A stretch of 32,000 bases of DNA from Candidatus Methanophagaceae archaeon. GTDB lineage: Archaea > Halobacteriota > Syntropharchaeia > Alkanophagales > Methanospirareceae. Below, one piece after another: positions 22,531 through 30,038 of this stretch. The position numbers and the translations under genes are program-made. The notes beneath the pieces were generated by a model. That model saw nothing but the letters and a program-made list of their open reading frames with translations. It had not been told where the DNA came from and searched no databases. Where the stretch lies: NCBI GenBank assembly GCA_003194425.1, contig PQXB01000001.1, positions 1,082,728 to 1,114,727 on the forward strand. The letters run 5' to 3'. The stretch's first letter is position 1. Every line of letters starts with the position of its first letter.

Positions 22531-23886
22531 ATGGAGGGGAGGAGGGGAAAATTGGAACGAAGAAAGATTTTCGCGTTGGGGTTGGCGATTGGAATTCTTG
22601 CGTTGTGCGTCTCGGTAACCGCGTTTTACACTGCCTCCGTGCCTGTAGCCGCGGAGGCGGACGGGGAAGCAGAGGGAGTAGAGGAAGGAGCAGAGGGAGG
22701 AGAAGGAGGAGCAGAGGGAGGAGAAGGAGAGGTTAGAGAAGGGCAAGAAGAAATCCAAACACACGCACCCCTCACACTCAAAATCTTCCACGCGGGCAGT
22801 TTAGCCGTGCCTTTAAAAGAGGCGGAGAAAGAATTTGAGGCGTTGAATCCGAACGTGGACGTGCGGCGCGAGTCGATGGGCAGCATCGCCGCGATTAGGC
22901 AGGTAACCGACGTGGGGAAGCAGGGAGACGTGGTCGTGTCCGCGGACTACACGCTTATTCCAGAAATGATGTACCCCGAGTACGCGGACTGGGTTGTGAG
23001 GTTCGCGACGAACGACCTCGTGCTCGCCTACAACCCAGAGCAGGGGAAGAGCAGGTTCGCGGACGAAATCACGGCTGACAACTGGTACGAAATTCTTCGC
23101 AGGGACGGCGTCGTCTTCGGGTTCTCAAATCCGAACCTCGACCCTTGCGGCTACCGGGCTGTGATGGTCTGTCAGCTCGCGGAACTGCACTACGGCGACG
23201 CCTGGATTTTTGACGACCTGATTCTCAACAACACCGCGATTACGGTGAGCGAGGAGAGGGAGGAGGACAAAAAAAAGGTGTTGGACGAAGAAAGGGTGTT
23301 TTTAATAAGGACGCCCGAAGACCTGCAGCCAAAGACCGAGAAGGTGTGCATTCGACCGAAGTCTGTTGAACTCGTGGCGTTGGTCGAGGCAGGCGGGCTT
23401 GACTACGCGTTTGAGTACCGCAGCGTCGCGGTTCAGCACAACTTGGCGTTCGTGGACTTGCCAGAGCCGGTAGATTTGAGCAGCGTTGAGTTCGCGGACG
23501 AGTACAAAAAAGTACGGCTAGAGACTGCGGACGGCAAGACGAAGACAGGGAAGCCGATTGTTTACGGGATTACGGTTCCGAAGGACGCATATTCTGAAAA
23601 TCCAGAGCTTGGACTGGAGTTCGTGAAGTTCCTCGTGGGCGAGGCGGGGCAGAGGATTTTTGAAGAGCAGGGTCAGCCGCCACTTGTGCCTGCTGTGGGT
23701 AGTGCTGTGGGTAGTAGTAACTTGCCGGAGGAGTTGAGGGATTTAGTCGTGCTTAAGACCGCGGAGCAGCAGTCGGCAACGCCGCCGACAACACCGACGC
23801 CGGCAACACCAGGCTTCGAGGCGGTCTTCGCAGTTGCTGGCTGGTTAGCAGTAGCAGAGGCTTACCTCTTGCTGCGGAAGAAGTAA
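22531..23886 (+). CDS. wtpA: Tungstate/molybdate ABC transporter substrate-binding protein WtpA, with PGF-CTERM anchor
   Basis: LKIFHAGSLAVPLKE...NPNVDV..ESMGSIAAIRQVTDVGKQGDVVVSADYTLIPEMMYPEYADW...FGFSNPNLDPCGYRAVMVCQLAE closely parallels archaeal WtpA as I recall it. C-terminus TPGFEAVFAVAGWLAVAEAYLLLRKK. Confidence 0.85.
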   Translation: MEGRRGKLERRKIFALGLAIGILALCVSVTAFYTASVPVAAEADGEAEGVEEGAEGGEGGAEGGEGEVREGQEEIQTHAPLTLKIFHAGSLAVPLKEAEKEFEALNPNVDVRRESMGSIAAIRQVTDVGKQGDVVVSADYTLIPEMMYPEYADWVVRFATNDLVLAYNPEQGKSRFADEITADNWYEILRRDGVVFGFSNPNLDPCGYRAVMVCQLAELHYGDAWIFDDLILNNTAITVSEEREEDKKKVLDEERVFLIRTPEDLQPKTEKVCIRPKSVELVALVEAGGLDYAFEYRSVAVQHNLAFVDLPEPVDLSSVEFADEYKKVRLETADGKTKTGKPIVYGITVPKDAYSENPELGLEFVKFLVGEAGQRIFEEQGQPPLVPAVGSAVGSSNLPEELRDLVVLKTAEQQSATPPTTPTPATPGFEAVFAVAGWLAVAEAYLLLRKK

Positions 23887-23890
23887 GATT

Positions 23891-24283
23891 TCAGACCCCC
23901 ACCGTCGGCTGCATTGGCGGTGCACCGCCACTACCACCACCTAACGCTTCTCGCAACTGCTGCTGTAGCTGTTGGTATTTCTTCTCTACTCGCTCCTCCT
24001 GCCGCTCAAGCGTCTTCAACCTCAAATCGTAGGTCTCCCGCCGCTCTGACAACTCGGTCTTCACATTTTCCTTCTCCGCTTTTATCATCAGTTCGCCGAC
24101 ATTCTTGTAGACGACCGAATTTTTATCGAGCTTCCCCAGTTCCTGCAGTGCGTTTTCAGCGTCCTTCAGCAGCGCCTCCACCTGCATCTTTTGGCTCCGC
24201 ACAGCGTCAATTTGAGCCTTGAGCTGTTGGAGTTGGGCAAGTTGGTTCTGCAACTGAGGCGGTATTTGTCCACTTCCGTTCAT
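23891..24283 (-). CDS. pfdB: Prefoldin beta subunit
   Basis: IPPQLQNQLAQLQQLKAQIDAV...VYKNVGELMIKAEKENVKTEL...coiled-coil. Start set to Met60 of the track ORF (cat at 24281-24283). The upstream 59 aa overlap the purD promoter/5' end and look non-coding. Confidence 0.85.
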   Translation of the reverse strand: MNGSGQIPPQLQNQLAQLQQLKAQIDAVRSQKMQVEALLKDAENALQELGKLDKNSVVYKNVGELMIKAEKENVKTELSERRETYDLRLKTLERQEERVEKKYQQLQQQLREALGGGSGGAPPMQPTVGV

Positions 24284-24338
24284 TTTTCTTCCCTTGTCTT
24301 TTAGGGCTTTCTCTTTAAATATAAAATAAGGAAACAAG

Positions 24339-25829
24339 ATGGCTGAAGAAGGGGAGAGAGTAGGGATTTTGGTCGTTTCGTACGGCTCGCGGGCGGCGGC
24401 GGTGCTCGAGGCGTTGAGCAGAAGCGAAGAGTACAACGCCCGTTTTTTCGTTGTCGACAAGCAGAGGAACCCGTTTAACCTGCGGCACGCAGTGGGAAAA
24501 GGGACGGCGGAGAAGGGGAATCACGTTGTCATTCCGGATTTAGACGCGGGGAAGATTTGCGAGTTCGTGGCTGCGAACAAGGACGAGATAGATTTTGGGA
24601 TTTGCTGCCCTGAGAAGCCGATAATTTCGGGCGTTCGGGATCTTGTTGAAAGCGAGACCGGCGTGCCGTTGCTCTGCCCTACGAGGCGGTTCGCGTTGGA
24701 GGGGAGCAAGGCGTGGCAGCGGCGGCTGCTTGCGGAGTGCTGCCCAGAGGCGAACCCGCGGTTTGAGGTTTTTCGCCGGTCAGACTACACAACGCGGGAA
24801 GAGGCGAAGAGAGCGGTCTGGCGGTTTTTAGACGAGGTTGGGGACGAAGTTGCGGTGAAGCCTGACAAGCCCGCAGCGGGCAAGGGCGTTGGCGTCTGGG
24901 GCGACCACTTCACGAGCAGAGGGCAGTTGTTCGAGCATTTCTGGTCAATCTTCGAGGGCGGGAGCGGGGTGGTGGTAGAGGAGAAATTGGAGGGCGAAGA
25001 GTCGAGTTTTCAGGCGTTCTGCGACGGAAAACGGCTCGCTGCTCTTCCAGACACGCGGGACTACAAACGCGCTTTCGACGGTGACCTGGGACAGAACACG
25101 GGTGGAATGGGCTCTTACAAGGACAGTAAGGACTGGCTGCCGTTCTTGGAGAAGCGGGACAGGGAGGAAGAGGAGCGACTGGTTCAGAAGATTTTCAAGA
25201 GGCTGCGCGGGAGCGAGGAGCAGAGCAGGGGAGAGTGGCAGAGCGAGCGGAGGAACGACGGGGCGGGGCTGAGGGGGGTGCCGTTTTATGTCGCTTTTAT
25301 GCACACTGCCGAGGGTGCGAAGATTTTAGAAATAAACAGCCGACCTGGCGACCCGGAGCTGCAGACTGTGCTGCCGGTGCTGAAGAGCGATTTCGTGGAT
25401 CTCTGCTTTCGAATGCTTGAGGGGCGGCTCACGAGGGTAGAGTGCGAGGCGAAGGCAACGGTGGTTACTTACGCGGTGCCGCTGGACTACGGCGGGTGCA
25501 GGGCGAAATACAGCGGTGACAGGCGGGTGGATTTGAGTGCGGCGTACGCACTGCAGGCTAAGGAGAAGTACGGGGACAGGTTGAGGGTTTACCCGGGGTC
25601 GTTGGAGTTGCGTGAAGACGGGCAGACCTACGCACTCGGCTCAAGAACGGTTTGCACAGTGGGCGTCGGCGAGACGGTTGAGGAGGCGCGGGAAATTTCG
25701 CTGGACGGCGTCAGAAATATCGACGGTGCGTTGTGGAACAGGTGGGACATCGGCTCGGAGCAGCATTTACGGCGGAGTGTGAGGAGAATGAGGGCATTGA
25801 GAGCGAAGAAGAGGGAGATAAATGCTTAA
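24339..25829 (+). CDS. purD: Phosphoribosylamine-glycine ligase
   Basis: ATP-grasp. VAVKPDKPAAGKGVGVW. DYKRAFDGDLGQNTGGMGSY corresponds to the PurD DHKR..DGD.GPNTGGMG.Y signature. EINSRPGDPE. Confidence 0.85.
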   Translation: MAEEGERVGILVVSYGSRAAAVLEALSRSEEYNARFFVVDKQRNPFNLRHAVGKGTAEKGNHVVIPDLDAGKICEFVAANKDEIDFGICCPEKPIISGVRDLVESETGVPLLCPTRRFALEGSKAWQRRLLAECCPEANPRFEVFRRSDYTTREEAKRAVWRFLDEVGDEVAVKPDKPAAGKGVGVWGDHFTSRGQLFEHFWSIFEGGSGVVVEEKLEGEESSFQAFCDGKRLAALPDTRDYKRAFDGDLGQNTGGMGSYKDSKDWLPFLEKRDREEEERLVQKIFKRLRGSEEQSRGEWQSERRNDGAGLRGVPFYVAFMHTAEGAKILEINSRPGDPELQTVLPVLKSDFVDLCFRMLEGRLTRVECEAKATVVTYAVPLDYGGCRAKYSGDRRVDLSAAYALQAKEKYGDRLRVYPGSLELREDGQTYALGSRTVCTVGVGETVEEAREISLDGVRNIDGALWNRWDIGSEQHLRRSVRRMRALRAKKREINA

Positions 25830-25877
25830 ATATGAGACAAAAGAATGAATTGTAGTAAATATTTATTGTTATTTATT

Positions 25878-26849
25878 ATGAATCTCATCTCGATTTTTGA
25901 CCTCTCGGGTGCGGAAATAGAAGCGCTAGTAGAGAAAGCGGAAGAACTGAAGGCTGAGCGGAAGAAGGGCGTAGAGGGCGTAGAGGGCGTAGAGGGCGTA
26001 GAGGGTGTAAGCGGAAGAGCGAGAAAGGACTTGGAAGGCAGGACGTTGGCACTGATTTTCGAGAAGCCGTCTACTCGCACCCGCGTCTCGTTTGAGGTTG
26101 CGGGGCTGGAGTTGGGCGGGAATGTGTTGAGTCTGAATTGGAACGAACTGCAGTTGGGCAGGGGCGAGCGGGTGCAGGAGACCGCGAAAGTGCTTTCGGC
26201 TTACGTGGACGCTGTTGTGCTGCGGGCATTTCGGCACAGCACGGTGCAGGAGTTCGCGAGACACGCTTCGGCTTCGGTGCCTGTAGTGAACGGGCTGACG
26301 GATTTGGAGCACCCGTGTCAGACGTTGGCGGATTTGATGACGATAAAAGAACGGAAGGGAAGGCTGGCGGGCGTTAAAGTGGCGTGGGTCGGAGATGGGA
26401 ACAATGTCTGCAATTCGCTAATCGGCGGTGCAGCACTTACGGGAATGGAGATTCGCGTGGCGTGCCCGAGAGGCTACGAGCCTGACGAGGGCGTGGTAGA
26501 GAAAGCGAAGGCGTGTGGTTGTGAAGTTCTCGTAACCGATGATGCGGAGGAGGCTGTTGCTGGCGCCGATGTTTTGTACACCGATGTGTGGGTCTCGATG
26601 GGCGACGAGGAGGCGAGCGAGCAGAGGAAAAGGGATTTACAAGACTTTCAAATAAACGCGGATTTGGTGCGGGCTGCGAAGGAGGACGCGATTGTGCTGC
26701 ACTGTATGCCTGTGCACTTGGGCGAGGAGATTACGGAGGCGGTGCTGAACAGCGACCGAGCGGTGATTTTTGAGCAGGCGGAGAACAGGCTGCACGCACA
26801 GAAGGCGCTACTGCACAAACTTTTTAGAAAAAAACAGAAATCTTTTTAA
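25878..26849 (+). CDS. argF: Ornithine carbamoyltransferase
   Basis: FEKPSTRTRVSFE, HPCQ.LAD, TDVWVSMG, HCMP. Start set to MNLISIFDLSG (25878). GVE x4 insert. Confidence 0.9.
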   Translation: MNLISIFDLSGAEIEALVEKAEELKAERKKGVEGVEGVEGVEGVSGRARKDLEGRTLALIFEKPSTRTRVSFEVAGLELGGNVLSLNWNELQLGRGERVQETAKVLSAYVDAVVLRAFRHSTVQEFARHASASVPVVNGLTDLEHPCQTLADLMTIKERKGRLAGVKVAWVGDGNNVCNSLIGGAALTGMEIRVACPRGYEPDEGVVEKAKACGCEVLVTDDAEEAVAGADVLYTDVWVSMGDEEASEQRKRDLQDFQINADLVRAAKEDAIVLHCMPVHLGEEITEAVLNSDRAVIFEQAENRLHAQKALLHKLFRKKQKSF

Positions 26850-26866
26850 AGCCCTTCTCTTCAGAG

Positions 26867-26910
26867 ATATTTAAAGACCTGAAAATATTTAAAGACCTGA
26901 AAACCTGAAA
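26867..26910. promoter_or_regulatory. 18-nt tandem duplication (x2 plus a partial copy) carrying a TATA-like atatttaaag upstream of cdhC
   Basis: atatttaaagacctgaaa at 26867-26884 and 26885-26902, then acctgaaa. Confidence 0.55.
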
Positions 26911-26941
26911 TCGAGAGAACAGATAAAATAAAAAGAGTAAA

Positions 26942-28468
26942 ATGGCAGCGGCAGAAGGAGAGGAGAAGTTCCCGTTTGAGATAAACCCGATGTACGAGGG
27001 CGAGCGGGTGCGGAAGGCGGGAATGTTTGTGGAGCTGGCCGGGCAGAGCAAGCCGGGGTTTGAGCTGGTTCTCTTTGAGCCCGACCCTGCGAAGATAAAA
27101 GACGGCGAGGTTAGTTTAGTGGGGCCGGACTTGGAGGAGATGCAGGAGGGCGGGAACTACGCTTACGCAATGATTTACAGGGTCACGGGCGAGCAGCTCG
27201 AGAAGGACCTTGAGGCGGTTATTGAACGGCGGAACCACGAGTACCAGTCCTACATTCAGGGCTACATGCACCTGAACCAGCGTGCTGAGATTTGGGTGCG
27301 GATAAGCAAGGACGCGGTGAGGAAGGGGTTGAAGTCGCTGAAGCAGATTGGACGGGCGACGATTCAGCTCTTCAAGTCCGAACTGCCGTTCATCGAGAAA
27401 ATGGCAGTGGAGTTCGTTACCGACGAGGCGGAGGTGGAGAAGCGGTTAGAGGAGGCGAGCCGGATTTACGAGGCGCGGGACGCGAAGGCACGGGGGCTGC
27501 ACGACGAGGATGTGGACGAGTTTTACCAGTGCACGCTTTGTCAGTCGTTTGCACCGACGAACGTCTGCGTTGTCTCGCCGGACAGGTTTGCGTTGTGCGG
27601 TGCAATGAGTTGGTTCGACTCGCGGGCGGCGGCTCGGGTTGACCCCGAGGGACCGAACGCACCAATTCCAAAAGGCGAGTGTCTTGACCCTGTCGGTGGG
27701 GAGTACACGGGCGTTAACGAGGCTGCGGTTCGGCTCTCGAGCGGGGAGTACGACTCGATAAAACTGCACTCGTTCTTTGAGAAGCCGCACACGAGTTGCG
27801 GCTGTTTCGAGGTTGCGGGGTTCTACATTCCCGAAGTCGACGGCGTCGGCTGGGTGCACCGGGGCTCGAGGGTTTCTGACACGCCGATTGGACTGCCTTT
27901 TTCGACGATCGCAGGCTCGGTCGGCGGCGGTAAGCAGGTGCAGGGTTTCCTCGGAATCGGAATTCAATATTTTTACAGCTCAAAATTTATCCAAGCAGAC
28001 GGCAGCTGGCGACGCGTTGTCTGGATGGCTTCGGACTTGAAGGAGCGTGTTGCGGAGGCTATTCCCGCGGAGATGCGAGACCGGATCGCGACCGAGAAGG
28101 ATGTGAAGGATGTAGGAGAGCTGCGGGAATTCTTGCAAAAAGTGGGGCACCCAGTCGTGGAAGGCGTTGTCCGCGCTGTTGACGGCGTACGTGTGACCGA
28201 GGGCTGGGCAGTGGAGGAAGAGGAAGAGGAAGAGGAAGAGGTAGAAGAAGCAGCAAAGGTAGAGGAGGGACCTGTTGAAGTGCCGCAGGCACAGGCAGCG
28301 GCTCAAGTTCCGCTTGCGTCTGCGTCCGCGTTTGTGCCGCCACTGGCGGGGGCAGGTGCGTTCGGCGTTGCGGGTGGAGTGGCTGGTTCTGCACCGATAA
28401 AAATAATTTTGAAGGACGCGGAAATCAAAATCGGGAAAATAATCGTGAAGCGGAAAGAGGGGAAGTAG
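26942..28468 (+). CDS. cdhC: Acetyl-CoA decarbonylase/synthase complex subunit beta (A-cluster, acetyl-CoA synthase)
   Basis: FPFEINPMYEGERVRK... and CTLCQSFAPTNVCVVSPDR..LCGA.SW.D.RAA (A-cluster Cys ligands). Has a C-terminal poly-Glu / Ala-rich extension. Confidence 0.9.
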   Translation: MAAAEGEEKFPFEINPMYEGERVRKAGMFVELAGQSKPGFELVLFEPDPAKIKDGEVSLVGPDLEEMQEGGNYAYAMIYRVTGEQLEKDLEAVIERRNHEYQSYIQGYMHLNQRAEIWVRISKDAVRKGLKSLKQIGRATIQLFKSELPFIEKMAVEFVTDEAEVEKRLEEASRIYEARDAKARGLHDEDVDEFYQCTLCQSFAPTNVCVVSPDRFALCGAMSWFDSRAAARVDPEGPNAPIPKGECLDPVGGEYTGVNEAAVRLSSGEYDSIKLHSFFEKPHTSCGCFEVAGFYIPEVDGVGWVHRGSRVSDTPIGLPFSTIAGSVGGGKQVQGFLGIGIQYFYSSKFIQADGSWRRVVWMASDLKERVAEAIPAEMRDRIATEKDVKDVGELREFLQKVGHPVVEGVVRAVDGVRVTEGWAVEEEEEEEEEVEEAAKVEEGPVEVPQAQAAAQVPLASASAFVPPLAGAGAFGVAGGVAGSAPIKIILKDAEIKIGKIIVKRKEGK

Positions 28469-28496
28469 AGAAACGGAAAGAGGGGAAGTAGAGAAA
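28451..28496. repeat. 23-nt perfect tandem duplication containing the cdhC stop codon
   Basis: cggaaagaggggaagtagagaaa at 28451-28473 and 28474-28496. Stop tag at 28466-28468. Confidence 0.9.
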
Positions 28497-28525
28497 TTTT
28501 GGAGAAAATAGAAGGAACAATTAAA

Positions 28526-29060
28526 ATGAGTGAAATAAGGCACAAAGTGTTTATCTCGTATCATCACGAGGACCAAGATGAAGTAGAGGATTTTATTGAG
28601 ACCTTCGACTACGAGCGTAATGTCTTTATCTCGCGCGCTTGGCATCGCGGACGATATTATCAACAGCACTGACACAGACTATGTAATGCGACGCATTAGA
28701 GAATCGTATCTGAAAGATTCCACCGTAACCATCGTGTTGATCGGTAAATGCACTTGGGCTCGTCGCTATGTCGACTGGGAGATACAAGCGTCGCTCCGAC
28801 ATGGTGAGACGGTCACACCTAACGGATTGTTGGGGATTAAATTACCAAGTTACAATAAGACTAGCTACCCCGACAGGTTTAATAAAAACCTTAAGCAAAA
28901 CGACCAACAAAAAGATTGCTATGCAAGAGTAATTGATTATCCCACACGCAAGGATACTTTAACTAATTGGCTTGAGGACGCTTTCCAAGCCCGCACTAGT
29001 AGATCACATTTCATCGTAAATCCACGAGATAGGTTCAAGTACAACAGGACATGTCCATAA
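28526..29060 (+). pseudogene. ThsB-like / DUF1863 TIR-like domain protein, interrupted by a +1 frame change
   Basis: Own translation from ATG 28526: MSEIRHKVFISYHHEDQDEVEDFIETFDYERNVFISRA..., with a stop at 28670. It continues in the +1 frame (track ORF 28596..29060): ...ALGIADDIINSTDTDYVMRRIRESYLKDSTVTIVLIGKCTWARRYVDWEIQASL...GLLGIKLP. Together these give the TIR-like beta-A (FISYhhxD) and VTxVLIGxxTxxRxWVxYEI pattern seen in Thoeris ThsB. Confidence 0.7.
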
Positions 29061-29066
29061 AAAACT

Positions 29067-29621
29067 ATGCCAAAAAAGCTAACCAGTGTGAAAGTCAGCC
29101 TTAAGTTGCCTTACATTGGCGGAGTCGAAGGAACCTGGGAACCCGACAAGAGCGAGCGAAACGCAGCGTGGGAGATGTACGTTGAACTGATCACTCGCAT
29201 TTCGGTAGCGGAACTAAAGCCTGACGAGGGCTTGCTCCGAGAGGCTCTTTCTTCGCTTCACACTCTCTTTGACACAACCAGGAAAATCCTACGGAAATAC
29301 GGCCCTTCCATCGCGCAGCCGAAGGGCAAAGGCAACGGCAACGGCAATCTCTCGTTTGGCTACCTCGCTGTGGCTGTCCTAAATGTTGTGCTGCGTCCAG
29401 TCTTAGCGAAGTGGCATCCACTACTTCTTGACTACGAAACCACCAAAAAAAGTTCCGTTTCGCGGTTGGAGCACGAGAAACAATGGGATAAAAATGAAGA
29501 ATTACGGCGAGTTCTAAACGAAATCCGCACCGTGCTTATCGAATACGCGAACTTACTTGCACAGGTTGCAGGTGTGCCTCCACTCATCGTTCAAAGAAAA
29601 AATGAAACAAGAGCAGATTGA
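29067..29621 (+). CDS. Hypothetical 184-aa protein, probably helical, no recognisable family; partner of the TIR-like gene
   Basis: ORF begins 6 nt after the TIR-like stop. Its 3' end overlaps the next gene by 20 nt. Has a GKGNGNGN loop. No catalytic motif or clear TM segment recognised. Confidence 0.6.
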   Translation: MPKKLTSVKVSLKLPYIGGVEGTWEPDKSERNAAWEMYVELITRISVAELKPDEGLLREALSSLHTLFDTTRKILRKYGPSIAQPKGKGNGNGNLSFGYLAVAVLNVVLRPVLAKWHPLLLDYETTKKSSVSRLEHEKQWDKNEELRRVLNEIRTVLIEYANLLAQVAGVPPLIVQRKNETRAD

Positions 29622-29892
29622 AAAAATAAAGAAAACGCTCATTGAAGTGTTGAGGAAATATGGAGTGAAAAAGGCTGCTCTTTTTGGCTCTGTCGCAAGG
29701 GGGGAAGCTACTGAAGAGAGCGACATTGACCTGCTGATTGAATTTGAAGGAAGAAAGAGTTTGTTGGATCTTGCGGGTTTAAAATTAGAACTTCAGGAAT
29801 TGCTGAGAAGGCGGGTTGATCTTCTCACTTACAAATCCCTTCACCCGCTCCTCAAGGAGAGGATATTGAGCGAGCAAGAGGAGATTTTATAA
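29602..29892 (+). CDS. mntA: Minimal nucleotidyltransferase (MNT/MntA-type antitoxin)
   Basis: LFGSVARGEATEESDIDLLIEF is the GS-x10-DxD pol-beta NTase motif. Start set to MKQEQIEKIKK (29602). Confidence 0.8.
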   Translation: MKQEQIEKIKKTLIEVLRKYGVKKAALFGSVARGEATEESDIDLLIEFEGRKSLLDLAGLKLELQELLRRRVDLLTYKSLHPLLKERILSEQEEIL

Positions 29893-29893
29893 G

Positions 29894-29971
29894 ATGAAGA
29901 AAGACGCCGAGACATTCATCGAGCATATTTTAGAGTGCGTTGAGTTGATTGAAAAAAATTGTAAAGATTAA
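29894..29971 (+). pseudogene. Truncated HEPN/DUF86 (HepT-like) toxin remnant, 25 codons
   Basis: Own translation: MKKDAETFIEHILECVELIEKNCKD-stop. This resembles the first helix of DUF86 proteins (normally ~110-140 aa). It begins 1 nt after the MNT stop. Confidence 0.5.
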
Positions 29972-30038
29972 AAAGGGAACTAAACATAAACAAAATAGAG
30001 AGGAAAAAGAGAAAAGGAGAGTGAGTTAGGATGGAGAA

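Noticed and set aside
22294-22791. 165-aa minus-strand ORF from the track
   Set aside because: Its C-terminal half is the translation of the 5S rRNA gene. The rest runs antisense through the wtpA 5' region and is low-complexity (Ser/Phe/Leu/Cys-rich). Not a credible CDS.
23891-24460. 189-aa version of the prefoldin ORF
   Set aside because: The first 59 residues have no prefoldin similarity and overlap the divergent purD start region. The homologous protein begins at MNGSGQIPPQ (24283).
29557-29601. Upstream extension of the MNT ORF (MHRLQVCLHSSFKEK)
   Set aside because: It lies inside the preceding gene in another frame. The MNT family N-terminus starts at MKQEQIEKIKK (29602).
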